A stretch of DNA of 64,000 nt, from the NCBI GenBank assembly GCA_032718475.1, contig JAUCBJ010008784.1, forward strand, positions 19,530 through 83,529, in the 5' to 3' direction. Origin of the DNA: Nemertoderma westbladi. Lineage: Eukaryota; Animalia; Xenacoelomorpha. The position numbers and the translations under genes are program-made. Shown in pieces: positions 25,669 to 36,065 of this stretch; positions within the stretch are counted from its first letter, which is position 1, and every line of letters begins with the position of its first letter. The notes below the pieces were generated by a model. The model was not told the origin of the DNA, searched no databases, and saw only the letters and a program-made list of their open reading frames with translations.

Positions 25669-26343
25669 ATGGCTGACTTTAATTCAGGTCCATATAATTT
25701 AAACTTTCAAATGGGAACGAGTATGATAATTTCTGGCCCATCTGGTTCTGGAAAGTCAACATTTGTTAGCAATTTAATTAAACACAAGAATGGTTGTTTC
25801 AACGAAGCCCCCTTGCGAGTATTGTATTGTTACGGGAGCAATCCCCCAACTATTCCTGGTATTACTCACCTTTAAAAAGGTTTGCCAGAAAATATAGATA
25901 GTTTAGTGAATAGTCGAGATTTATTAATTATAGATGATTTATTAACAGAAACTGAGTCCAGTACAGCTTTAACTGTATTGTTTACTAAGGTAGCTCATCA
26001 TTCCAATATATTTATTTGTTTTATAACGCAAAACATGTTTTACGGTGGGAAGCATAACCGCACAAGATCAATTAATAGCCATACTTTAGTATTAATGAAA
26101 AATCCGCGAGACAGTTTATCGGTTTTAAATTTCGCGAAGCAGATGTTACCAGGGCAGACCAAATTTTTAGTAGATTCCTATCAAGATGCGACTATTGAAC
26201 CATTTTCACATTTCTTAATTGATTTACGACAGGAAACACCCGAACATTTAAGATTTAGATCGGATATATTTCGTAATCATAATTGTTACATTAAAAATTA
26301 CATTGACTATAAACGTAGTGAAAATAATAATAATAATAAATAA
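25669..26343 (+). pseudogene. A32-like packaging ATPase with an in-frame TAA at 25873
   Basis: Walker A GPSGSGKS, Walker B LLIIDD, FITQN, KNPRD; both halves are in the same frame. Confidence 0.92.
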
Positions 26344-26380
26344 TTAATATTTTGTAACAATTTTCAATAATGTTGCAACA

Positions 26381-26764
26381 ATGAATAGACTTGTGCAGAA
26401 ATATCGTAACGAACTGGAATTTCTACGCAGCGCTACCCCTCAACAAAGAACTTATTTTATTAACCATACCGCGAGTAACGAATTAATACGGCTCATTGTA
26501 AATACTGCATTAAATGTTCTAAAAGGTAACGTACAATTGTCCCCTCATTCATTTAGAAATATTTACCGCTATATAAAGGTATTGAAATCACTCAACCGTA
26601 AAACAAAAAATATATCAAGTTAAAGAAAAAAGTTAAGCAATCAATCTGGAGGCATACTACCGTTTCTAATACCCTTACTCGGCATTGGTGCGAAACTCGC
26701 CGCGAGTGCCGGTGCCGCCGCCGCTGGAGCGGCTATTGCGAAAAAAATTAACCGCGGACGGTAA
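26381..26764 (+). pseudogene. Conserved small Polinton protein (PW-like) with an in-frame TAA at 26621
   Basis: NVLKGNVQLS...RKKLSNQSGGILPFLIPLL, a pattern typical of Mavericks. Confidence 0.65.
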
Positions 26765-26988
26765 TAATGGTTAAAACAGGAGTAACATTTAGAAAATTAT
26801 ATTTAGTATCGAGTAAACCGTTAGCTACTGATTTAAAACCTCAAGATATACCTAGAGTAAATACTACAAAAAGAAAACCCTTTAAAACATCAACTTCAAA
26901 GAAAATAATAAAAAAATTTCAGTTGTTTTTACGGTGATGCCCTTTATAAGAGATTTGAATATACATATTACTTGTGGTTGTCGAAAAG

Positions 26989-28063
26989 ATGCCACGCAAG
27001 ATGAAACCGATTTTAAACCGAAGCTTAGACAAAAAACTGTTAAGAATTTATTTAGATCCTTCATCCCCTGCGGGATTTGCAAGTATCGCAAAATTAGCAA
27101 AAGCTGCAAACATCAAACCAGCTCAAGCCCAGAAATGGTTGAGCGGGCAAAATACATACTCCCTTCACGCACCACGTAGACATCATTATCCAACATCTAA
27201 AATATTTACGGGAGGCTTAAAAGATATATATATGATAGATCTGGTGGATATGCAGCAATATAAATCGCAAAATAATAATTATAACTATATATTAACATGT
27301 ATTGATGCCTTTAGCTGGCTTGCTTTTGCCTATGGTATGAAAACAAAAAAGGGTATTGATATTATTAGTATATTGCAAAAAATATTCCAGAAAGGAAAAC
27401 CATACAGAATCGCAACCGATCAAGGGTCTGAGTTTCTAAATAAATCTGTAAGGAAATATTTAGATACTATTGGTATAAAGTATTATGTAATGTATTCTGT
27501 GAATAAGGCGGCTATTGTCGAGAGATTCAATAGAACATTAAAAACAAGGATGTTCAAAATTTTCACACAACGGGGAAATAATGTTTGGATAAAAATTTTA
27601 CCGAAGCTCATTTATGCTTATAATAGGTCATATCATAGGACAAAAAAATGACACCCATTGAAGTTAATAAATTTAATGAAACTGAATTAATGATAGATTA
27701 TATGGGAAATATAGACAGATTAATCACAAGAAAATAAAATTTACAGTATGATTATCTATCGCTCGTACTGCTTTTGCTAAAGGCTATCGAGAACAATGGA
27801 CACGTGAATTATTTATTATTCATCGGGTCAGATTGGATAGAGTACCAGCGGTAATGTTCGATATTAAGGACAGCGCTGGAGCTATAATAAATGGCTCATT
27901 TTATTCATACGAACTCCAAAAGGTCCACCCGAATAGTAATATTTATCTCCCGATTGATAAAAATATTGGCAAACTTAAAGAACGTGTACGCAATGGGAAA
28001 AAAGAATATTTAGTCCGATTCATCGGATCCAAGAAACAGTCGTGTGTACAGCATATTCAATAA
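26989..28063 (+). pseudogene. Retroviral-like (rve) DDE integrase with a C-terminal chromo-like region, frameshifted after ~27645
   Basis: IDLVDM, TDQGSEF, AIVERFNRTLK, YNRSYHR, FAKGYREQWTRE, GSFYSYELQKV, GKKEYLVRFIG. Confidence 0.93.
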
Positions 28064-28342
28064 GTTTAGGTTTATACTGTATATTAATTCATTTTGGGCA
28101 CATATGTCCGTAATTAATTAATCAATCAATATTAACTCGAATGATATTACTATACTATAGTTCATTCGCTTTAAATAAAGCCAGTAAAATATTGATCCCT
28201 CGCATATACTGTAGAAGCGCATATACTGTAGAAGCGGGGGAATGAACGTGGTCACAGATGTCTATAATTTAACATTATACCGGACTGTACTGTACTGTAT
28301 GTACAAAGGAGTCAAGTAGAGAGAGGTTAAATAATAATAATA

Positions 28343-29218
28343 ATGGCTGTAGATACATATATCACTCTACTTTCAGATAGCTCATTAAACACTTACCCCA
28401 ATAATAACCCTAGCGAGTTTACTGTTGATTTAGCCGAAGAATTATATATTGGTCCAAACGCTAAAATTGGACTCGCGGAGATACAATACCAAGCAACATA
28501 CAGTAATATTACTCTGCAAACTCAAATCTCGCTGTCAATCGGGGTAGATGCAAAAGATGCCAAATTATACAGTTTATTTCCTGGTATGCATAGCTCTATT
28601 CAAGTCATTATTGATGATATAAATAAACTGTTTAATTCTGAAGCGAAATATAGAGATTTCGAATTCATTTTTAATACAAATAATTCTAGAATTAAATTTA
28701 AATTTCCTAAAAAGTTGAAAAAAATACAATTAAGTCTACGCGGTGATTTAATTCAAATTCTAAGCTTAAAACCGTTATTGGATCAGAATCATCCGGATAT
28801 TCCGAATTGGGATATATACAGTACCACTACAGTGGATGAATTAAGCAATATAGAACAGCCGATATTAATTTTAAATTATAGTGGACCAAAAATTTCGGAA
28901 ATTGGGATTTCAGATTTTCCAGCTCCCACGAATATTACTCGTAATAAAGATACTATCTTCATATATACAGATATTATTAAGAGCTCATTTGTTGGCGACG
29001 CTTTAGCTCCGCTCTTAAGAACCTGTCCTTTAACACAATTAAATCGAAAATATATTAATCACGAATACGAGAGCATTTGCTATTACCCGTTGTTGAATAA
29101 AAAACTAAAAACAATATTAATTACTTTACGTGACGGCCAAGGTGAATTAATTAATTTCAATGGTGGTCGCACTGTTATAACACTTAAGTTAATACGCGGT
29201 GGTGGTGGTGATGGATGA
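28343..29218 (+). CDS. Minor capsid (penton) protein 1
   Basis: YITLLSDSSLNTYPNN..SEF..L, IGLAEIQY, IFIYTDII..SFVGD..APLLR, YYPL, LRDGQGELINF. Confidence 0.8.
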   Translation: MAVDTYITLLSDSSLNTYPNNNPSEFTVDLAEELYIGPNAKIGLAEIQYQATYSNITLQTQISLSIGVDAKDAKLYSLFPGMHSSIQVIIDDINKLFNSEAKYRDFEFIFNTNNSRIKFKFPKKLKKIQLSLRGDLIQILSLKPLLDQNHPDIPNWDIYSTTTVDELSNIEQPILILNYSGPKISEIGISDFPAPTNITRNKDTIFIYTDIIKSSFVGDALAPLLRTCPLTQLNRKYINHEYESICYYPLLNKKLKTILITLRDGQGELINFNGGRTVITLKLIRGGGGDG

Positions 29219-30054
29219 GCTCTACGTTAGACTACCAAGTAACTCCTGTCCAATTGATTTTCCTCGTAATACTGCTAGTAATTATCAGATCAATTTCCAT
29301 GGCGCCTTACCTATAAATCCAAACGAAAACTGGGTGGTAGGTATAAAAAGTATATTTTACTTAGCCACATTGCCGTCCATGTATAACAATGTAGAGAATG
29401 TTATTTTATTAAAAAAAGGGAAAAAAAATTTTGAGGATACACTTCCATCCGGTTTGTTCTACAGTATCAATGACATTATAGATTATTTTAACACTGGGGT
29501 GTTGAAAGATAAATTACAAATAGTTGAAATACTCAGCAAAATAGGTTGCAATTTATTTTAGGGAAAACTGTACGAGAGTTATTTATAGGTCAACAATTAG
29601 CCTATTATTTTGGAATTACTGAAAATAATCTCGGCGCGAATTTAAATCCAAATTTTAAAATTATTTTGAAGACGAAAAATAATATAAAGGGTTATTTAAT
29701 AAAGGTTATCGGAAATGGAGAAAAGCTTACCAGATGGTATTTTTATGCCCTCATCCACCCAATTCTATTCCAGAACCTAAATCGAACATGTACGTGACTA
29801 CTAATATAATTGAAAATGAATATATTAATGACTTTGGTTTAGCCTTACTTTGTCGTGTCGCGATACCTGATGACGTGAAATATGGTAGTGTAATAAATAA
29901 AGAATTTGTCAAGGATACAATTCATTATATCCCTGTAAAAAAATCATATAAGATAACATACATTCATATTGAAATAACAGACAAAGAAGGAAAAGATTTT
30001 AATTTTGAATACGGAACAACTTCAATTACCTTACACTTTAAAAAAATAAATTAA
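29211..30054 (+). pseudogene. Minor capsid (penton) paralogue 2, frameshifted
   Basis: YVRLPSNS...FPRNTASNY...WVVGIKSIFY; MYVTTNII...HYIPV...IEITDKEGKDFNF...ITLHFK; spread over three ORFs. Confidence 0.75.
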
Positions 30055-30055
30055 A

Positions 30056-30619
30056 ATGGATTCCGATTTATTTCAAAGATACAGTAAACCTCAATATGGT
30101 GGTGCAGACTCTAATCTTGCTGTTTTTAAAGGTGGTAGAAGTACGAGAGGCTCGACGCAAGTTCCTGTTTTTCGAGGTGGTTCATATATTGACCCTTACG
30201 GACAACAAATTGGTGCATTTGGTCCAAACTTAAAACAACGTCGTTTTCAACGTTATCGTAGAGGTATGTTGCGAACAAATCAACACGGGGAAGGTATATT
30301 TACAGACGCTTTATCTACATTGAAAAAATTTGGTAAGCCATTAGCAAAAAAAGTTTTACAAAAAGCTTTACCATTTACCACAAAATTTATGAGACAACAT
30401 GTAATACCAAAAGGTAAGCGGGTCTTACATCAGCAGGCTAATACGGTTATTAATAAAGCATTAAATAAAATGAAACCATCCACAAGATCTGTTGTTGAAA
30501 AAGTTTATAGAGACTTAAAGCGACCTACTAGACCAATGTCTATGAACATACATCATCGACGTAGTAAAAAGAGAAAAATAAAAGGCAAACTGAAACACTG
30601 CGAAAAAAGTATTTTTTAA
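30056..30619 (+). CDS. Basic core / membrane-lytic-like virion protein preceding MCP
   Basis: Arg/Lys-rich, repeated xxGG motifs, QHGEGIF followed by an amphipathic segment; position typical of Polintons. Confidence 0.6.
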   Translation: MDSDLFQRYSKPQYGGADSNLAVFKGGRSTRGSTQVPVFRGGSYIDPYGQQIGAFGPNLKQRRFQRYRRGMLRTNQHGEGIFTDALSTLKKFGKPLAKKVLQKALPFTTKFMRQHVIPKGKRVLHQQANTVINKALNKMKPSTRSVVEKVYRDLKRPTRPMSMNIHHRRSKKRKIKGKLKHCEKSIF

Positions 30620-30621
30620 TA

Positions 30622-31874
30622 ATGTCAATTATTAAGGAATTAGATTTATTTTCTACACAGCCAATACAGACTGAATTTAAAGCAAAGCATTATGAAACAA
30701 TTTACCCAGTATCCAATCTCAGAAGTGAGTCTAGGGAAGTCACGTTCCTTGTACCAAGATCCAATGAATTCTATACGAAACTGCAAGATGCGTTATTAAT
30801 TACAAAATGTACTGTACGGTGGGATAGACGACTTGAAAACTCCCATATTTATATGTTGAATTACCCCGCTGGAACTATGTGGAGTGATATTAAAATAGAC
30901 CTTAATGAGAAGCAGGTTGAAAATAGTAATAACCATTATTTCTACAAGTCATACTTATCCAATTTATTATTTACAACATACGAAACTAAAAATGGGCTAC
31001 TGGGGGCGGGTGGCTTTCATCAGCCTTTATCCGAACACGGAAATGAAATTGATCCTGGTGCGCATCCCATTGGCAATGCCTTTAGTAAACAAATGCAATT
31101 TGTAAGTGGATTGACAATTGATTTTGATACTGAAACTAAAATAATACAACCCGGGTATGATTTAAGAATGTATTTTAGAAAAGTATCAAATTCGTTTATT
31201 TTTAAAATCACTCCAAATGCAAACGCTGTGACAAATCTTCGGTTAGAATTAGATGAAGTAAAGATCCTAATCCCTAGAATGGAGGTTAATCCCGTAATAG
31301 AAAGCTTAAAGGTTTAGAGAGTTACGATATTGAATATCAATTCCAAAAAAAGGAGGTTACAACATTTACTATTCCCGCACAAACCACAAATTACACCCAA
31401 ACAAACATATTTGATGGTAAAAAACCCAAATTAGTTATTATCGGTTTTATAACAAATAATGCATATTCGGGAGAATTAATTAGTAACCCCTTGAAATTTG
31501 AACATTTTAACCTTAGACGCGCGGAACTGATTGTAGACGGTCTTCCAGTAGGTGGTGTAATATACGAGCCTAATTTTACAGATGGAACATATATTTTTGA
31601 GTATACTCAATTAATGAAAAACATTAATACATATATTAACGGTTATGGAGGTAATAATATAGACCATGAAACCTACTTAGGTAATTGCCCACTCATATCC
31701 TGGGACCTAACCGCCGACGGCTATGTTAGAGATCCGCAACCATCGATATATACTAACGGCCAATTAAAATTAAGATTTGCTGAACCGTTGGTTGAGACCA
31801 TAAATGTAATCGTTTTTAATATTTATGATCAATCATTAAGTTTAAATAGCAGGAAAGAAATACATATCGATTAA
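30622..31874 (+). pseudogene. Major capsid protein (double jelly-roll, PY), frameshifted near 31310
   Basis: ELDLFST.PIQT, YFYKSYL..LL, KPKLVIIGF..NNAYSG...NPLKFEHFNL, WDLTAD, L.LRFAEPL. Confidence 0.88.
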
Positions 31875-31876
31875 GT

Positions 31877-32329
31877 ATGTTATCTACAGAGGACCTTGAT
31901 ATGTTTCCAGTGGGTGGTCACTATTTGGGAGCGTTTCCATCTAACAAATTACCTAAATTAGATAATAATAAGCGGAGAGATTATGGGTTAATAGTAAACA
32001 CCGATAAACAGCATCTACCCGGGGTTCATTGGATCGCTATATATATACGAGATAATGAGGCTGAATTATTTAATTCATTCGGACCAAAATATCCAAACAG
32101 ATGTATCGAAAAATGGCTTGAGAAAAATTCAGCAAGATGGCGTACTACCCGGAAACAATTTCAAGACCCCAGGAGGACCACATGTGGATTATACTGTCTT
32201 TATTACTTGGTAAATCGAATTCATACAAACTATCCAATGAGAGCGTTTACAAATAATGTGGAAATAAATGAAATAATATTATATAAATGGCTTGTTAATT
32301 ATTATAAAATAAACCAACAAGCGTTGTAA
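31877..32329 (+). CDS. Adenain-like cysteine maturation protease
   Basis: NTD....PGVHWIAI (catalytic His), FNSFG, QFQ....TTCGLYC (catalytic Cys). Confidence 0.9.
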   Translation: MLSTEDLDMFPVGGHYLGAFPSNKLPKLDNNKRRDYGLIVNTDKQHLPGVHWIAIYIRDNEAELFNSFGPKYPNRCIEKWLEKNSARWRTTRKQFQDPRRTTCGLYCLYYLVNRIHTNYPMRAFTNNVEINEIILYKWLVNYYKINQQAL

Positions 32330-32360
32330 TTAATCATTTAACTTTTGTTTATCAGATAAA

Positions 32361-32939
32361 ATGGATAATATTATTTTTGTTGATTTTCAATATTATAAGA
32401 TAGACAATAAGGAATATCCGGTAGTATTTAAAGAATTTGCTATATTCGATTCTAATTACACCAAAACTAATGTAAAGACGTTTTTAATTAAAGGTCCACC
32501 TAATATTAAGTTATCAGCATTAGATGTAGCTCATGTAAACAATTTACGAGACATGACTTCGCATTTACCTTGGGATTACGGTGACATTTCGCAAGATGAC
32601 TTTAAAAAATACATGAAGAGACATTTAAAATATAAAAAAAATATACATATATTTGGGTTGATGAAGCGGGCAATATTAGTTTCCCAACTTGATGTTCTCG
32701 CACCAAATTCGATGGAGAAATTGGGGATATATCGACTATATTACAATTATTTAACTCCATGTCGCTTCCACGATCAATTTACTACTACTACAGTAGAAGA
32801 TAAATGTAGTTTTCACAAAGATGGTGATAGCTGCTTGAATTACTGCTCAGCGAAAAGGATTGGAGGGTATGTAACGAAGCGTTTAACTGAAACTGATGAT
32901 AAACAGAAAGAAATAACTGCGGTGAATGATGTACAGTAG
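32361..32939 (+). CDS. Putative DEDD/DnaQ-fold nuclease with ECHC zinc motif (Maelstrom / arenavirus NP-ExoN-like)
   Basis: IFVDFQ...FKEFAI, F..KGPP, HLPWDYG, CSFH...YCS. Pattern recognition only. Confidence 0.5.
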   Translation: MDNIIFVDFQYYKIDNKEYPVVFKEFAIFDSNYTKTNVKTFLIKGPPNIKLSALDVAHVNNLRDMTSHLPWDYGDISQDDFKKYMKRHLKYKKNIHIFGLMKRAILVSQLDVLAPNSMEKLGIYRLYYNYLTPCRFHDQFTTTTVEDKCSFHKDGDSCLNYCSAKRIGGYVTKRLTETDDKQKEITAVNDVQ

Positions 32940-33521
32940 GTTTACTCTAAGCATGTAATGTGATGGGATAATATAATTGTTTTAATGTCAATAAAAATAA
33001 TAAAAACATTAAAATCTATTTTTTTATATCTCAGTTTGACTGAAGGTGTAGGGCTTAAGTTTACACTCACAAACACACCGTACCTACCGGTAGCCGGCTG
33101 TTGTATCAGAGTTTAACTACCAGTAGCTGACTTTACACACATACAGACATATAGCAACAACGCTAAACTGTAGAATGGCAAAATGGCACCGACAGCAGCC
33201 GCAGAGCTTTAGCGTTACTTGCTAAATAATAAAATTAAATTAACTCGACATGAGGGTTCGTGAATGCAGCATTAGAGGAGCCCGCCTAACAATAGGCCTA
33301 CTGGTACCGGCACTGTAGCACTCTTGTAACTGGATACTTGGATAGAGCAAAGACATGCAGGTTTCTTCGATTTAAGGATTAGGCTATTACACTTGAATGC
33401 TTCCAATTTTCTGTTTACAACTTTAATTGGTCTAATCTACATTACTGTCGCATAGGCAAGCCTATACAGCTATAGTTAACTTTATGCGGCCCCCTTTTTC
33501 GAATGTTGACCCAATATGGTT

Positions 33522-33883
33522 TACGGTTAACCTTTAGAACTTGCGGATAGGTAAGGTACACCTTCATTCGGTTAGGCATATAGGCCTAATGACTACTCCT
33601 CAACTGAAAGCTGACTAGCTCACGGACACAATAGGTGTGGTTAGGTACCAGTAGCGCTATTGGACCTATAAAATCCCCTCGCACTCTCTGTTACTAACTT
33701 TCAACATTCACTTTATGACAGTATGTTGTATGCTATACCGTTAACCTTTAGAACACACAGTCAGGAACCCCTTCATTCAACCAGTCAAGGCCCCACTCGC
33801 ATACAATAGGTGTGGCTCGCGGTATACCTAACTAAGCCTATATAAAATCCGCCACATTCTCTGTTACTAACATTCACTCTATG
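33522..33883 (+). promoter_or_regulatory. Tandemly duplicated Pol II promoter-like module
   Basis: Two copies (33522-33717 and 33736-33883) of gttaacctttagaac...acaataggtgtgg...TATAAAA (33667, 33841)...ctctgttactaac...cattcact. Confidence 0.5.
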
Positions 33884-33977
33884 TTGACGGGACTATATAA
33901 AACATAGTTAGTTTATTTATGTATTCGCTTTTTTTTAAATTAGATATAAAATAGGTTCGGCCTACTAAGTTTTATAA

Positions 33978-33979
33978 GC

Positions 33980-34010
<31 letters not shown>

Positions 34011-34040
34011 GCAACAACAACAACAACAACAACAACAACA
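33978..34040. repeat. (CAA)n microsatellite
   Basis: About 20 CAA units. Confidence 0.95.
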
Positions 34041-34066
34041 CTAAATTTATTACCGTATTATACTTT

Positions 34067-34834
34067 TTATATACCTATATGAGGTTCCCTCAGAGGTGTT
34101 TCCTCCTTTACCAGTACCTGTAAATGGTTGTTTGAGGAGTTTATAGGCCTAACTTCTACCGGTCTTTGCTGTAAATGGTTGTTTGAGGAGTTTATAGGCC
34201 TAACCTCTACCGGTCTTTGCATCGGTAGATCGAAGCGAAGCGTATTATCAACATCATTCTCCCAATTCTCCGAATTTTCACTAGAGCGTGAGCTTCCCGA
34301 TATTTGAGGTTGTATCCTTATATTGAGGGTGAAATCTTTAGAAATTTCAACCTTTGTTGGTACTACTAGGATCGGCATGCTGCATTGCAGCTGCATTTTT
34401 AAGAATGCTGTGCCGGCTTGTCAACAAAATTGCACCGCCACAACTCCCTATCACCCATGACATTTGCTAGATCATCCGCATCTTTAAGGCCAGTGTCCTT
34501 TAAGATGCGTCTCAAGAATGTCATGGGCTGTCCACCATGCTTATTCACTCCATGAGGCTGCCAAAGTACAAGATTATGCACTGGCTGGTCCTCACGGCGA
34601 AAGCAATGTCCTGCAAAGCGGAGGCGATTTTGTTCTAGTGTCAACCTTTGTTGGTGATAAAGGTAGACCTACTCCATATTCTACCGAAGTAAACCCGATC
34701 TCAAATTTTTGGTTCATATAACGCAACTCCATCTCAGCAATATTGGATGCTGAGAGATATGTTTCGTCGCTTGATTGCAAATCAATTTTGATACAACTTT
34801 TCAACCCTTGGTTATTAAAAAAGGCGAATGTCAT
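34067..34834 (-). pseudogene. Polinton hypothetical protein (~157 aa) split by an RTE insertion
   Basis: Removing the insert and one TSD copy joins ...LPLSPTKV to EISKDFTL... in frame. Confidence 0.75.
34362..34644 (-). mobile_element. 5'-truncated RTE-clade LINE
   Basis: RLRFAGHCFRR...RELWR and a (GTA)n tail. 15-bp TSD TCAACCTTTGTTGGT at 34347-34361 and 34641-34655. Confidence 0.92.
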
Positions 34835-35510
34835 CTTCGAGGTAAGTTGTCGTCGTCGTAACTACCGGTAAGAATATCTTTAAATTGAATAGGCCTACTG
34901 GTATTTTTTTCTTCTTTTGTTTAACAAAATTATAGTTCACTGTTAGAAAAATTGAGTTTATATATATTTTTGTAGAGGGTCGCAGATGTTTACATTACAA
35001 AATTCTCATAGTTAACAAAATGCATAACATAAACCTTTCCCATGCGGATTAGCGATATATGCTCTGTTCATTGTTCTATTCTGAATGTAGGGAGATGCAT
35101 AGCTGATGTTTTAATGATATGTACCGGTATACAGACTAGTAACAGATAGGAGGGCATCGTCTTTGACTATGAATACCAGCACATAGTCATAATCTTTTCT
35201 CACTGAGCTTAGCGTTGCCGGCCGCACACACGCACACTCATAAGTAACAGATGCGCTATTGTAGCTCACTCGTGAGCAGCGATGCTTAGTTAGCTATCTA
35301 GCTAGCTACGGCCGCTGAGTAAACTATGCCTACTCGAGTGTTACAAGCAATCGCTCTACTGAAGTTAGTTAGTTAATTTCCCCCAACTAGTTGTTGATTT
35401 TAAAAAAAATATTCATAAATTTTTTTCCAGCCAAATTTAATATATATTTTACAGTAAAAATCTCCACCACCAAACAGCAACAACAACAACAACAATAAAT
35501 TTCACTCGCA

Positions 35511-36065
35511 CTAATTATATTTTACATCAAAAACCCTCACACCAAACAATAATAAATTATTAACCAGTTTGTTGAATATAGGATAATATATATGAAATTT
35601 AAACGGGGAACACATTAATGTACATTTACCAGTGTAGAAGCAGCAAACAACAACAATATTATTTATTCTGACTTTACAGTTATTGAATATTTCAGGCTCG
35701 TATGAAATTTCTAGTTTAACATTATCAAATATAACATAAAACCCGATATTGTTTATAAGTAACCTATAAATTACAGTATCGATACTAAAAATATAAGTAC
35801 ACAAATTGATTGATTTAAAAATCAAATTAATGTTTGTTTTTTCGAATATATGCTTTTTCACTTTATTAAAATTATATTTTCTACCGAGAATTGTTATTTG
35901 TCCATTTGTAAACATTAATATGGTTGCACCAAATACCTTATATATAAACTGATTAGGTTTGAGTACAATTTTACCATTCAATTGATTTTTTAATTCTTTT
36001 AAATTAAGTCCATAAATGATCTGCTTACAACTTATATTTTTATTTACTATTTGATAATTCATCAT
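35511..36065 (-). CDS. TATA-binding-protein-like protein encoded by the Polinton
   Basis: Two TBP-like repeats: YQIVN..ISC...LNLKEL...ATILMFTNGQITILG and FKSIN...SYEPEIF...VCCFYTGKCTL. Start inferred (ORF track gives 36092). Confidence 0.7.
   Translation of the reverse strand: MMNYQIVNKNISCKQIIYGLNLKELKNQLNGKIVLKPNQFIYKVFGATILMFTNGQITILGRKYNFNKVKKHIFEKTNINLIFKSINLCTYIFSIDTVIYRLLINNIGFYVIFDNVKLEISYEPEIFNNCKVRINNIVVVCCFYTGKCTLMCSPFKFHIYYPIFNKLVNNLLLFGVRVFDVKYN

Noticed and set aside
35150-35360. Structured ncRNA (VA-RNA-like) in a Polinton intergenic region
   Set aside because: Only short local palindromes and no clear A/B boxes or long stem.
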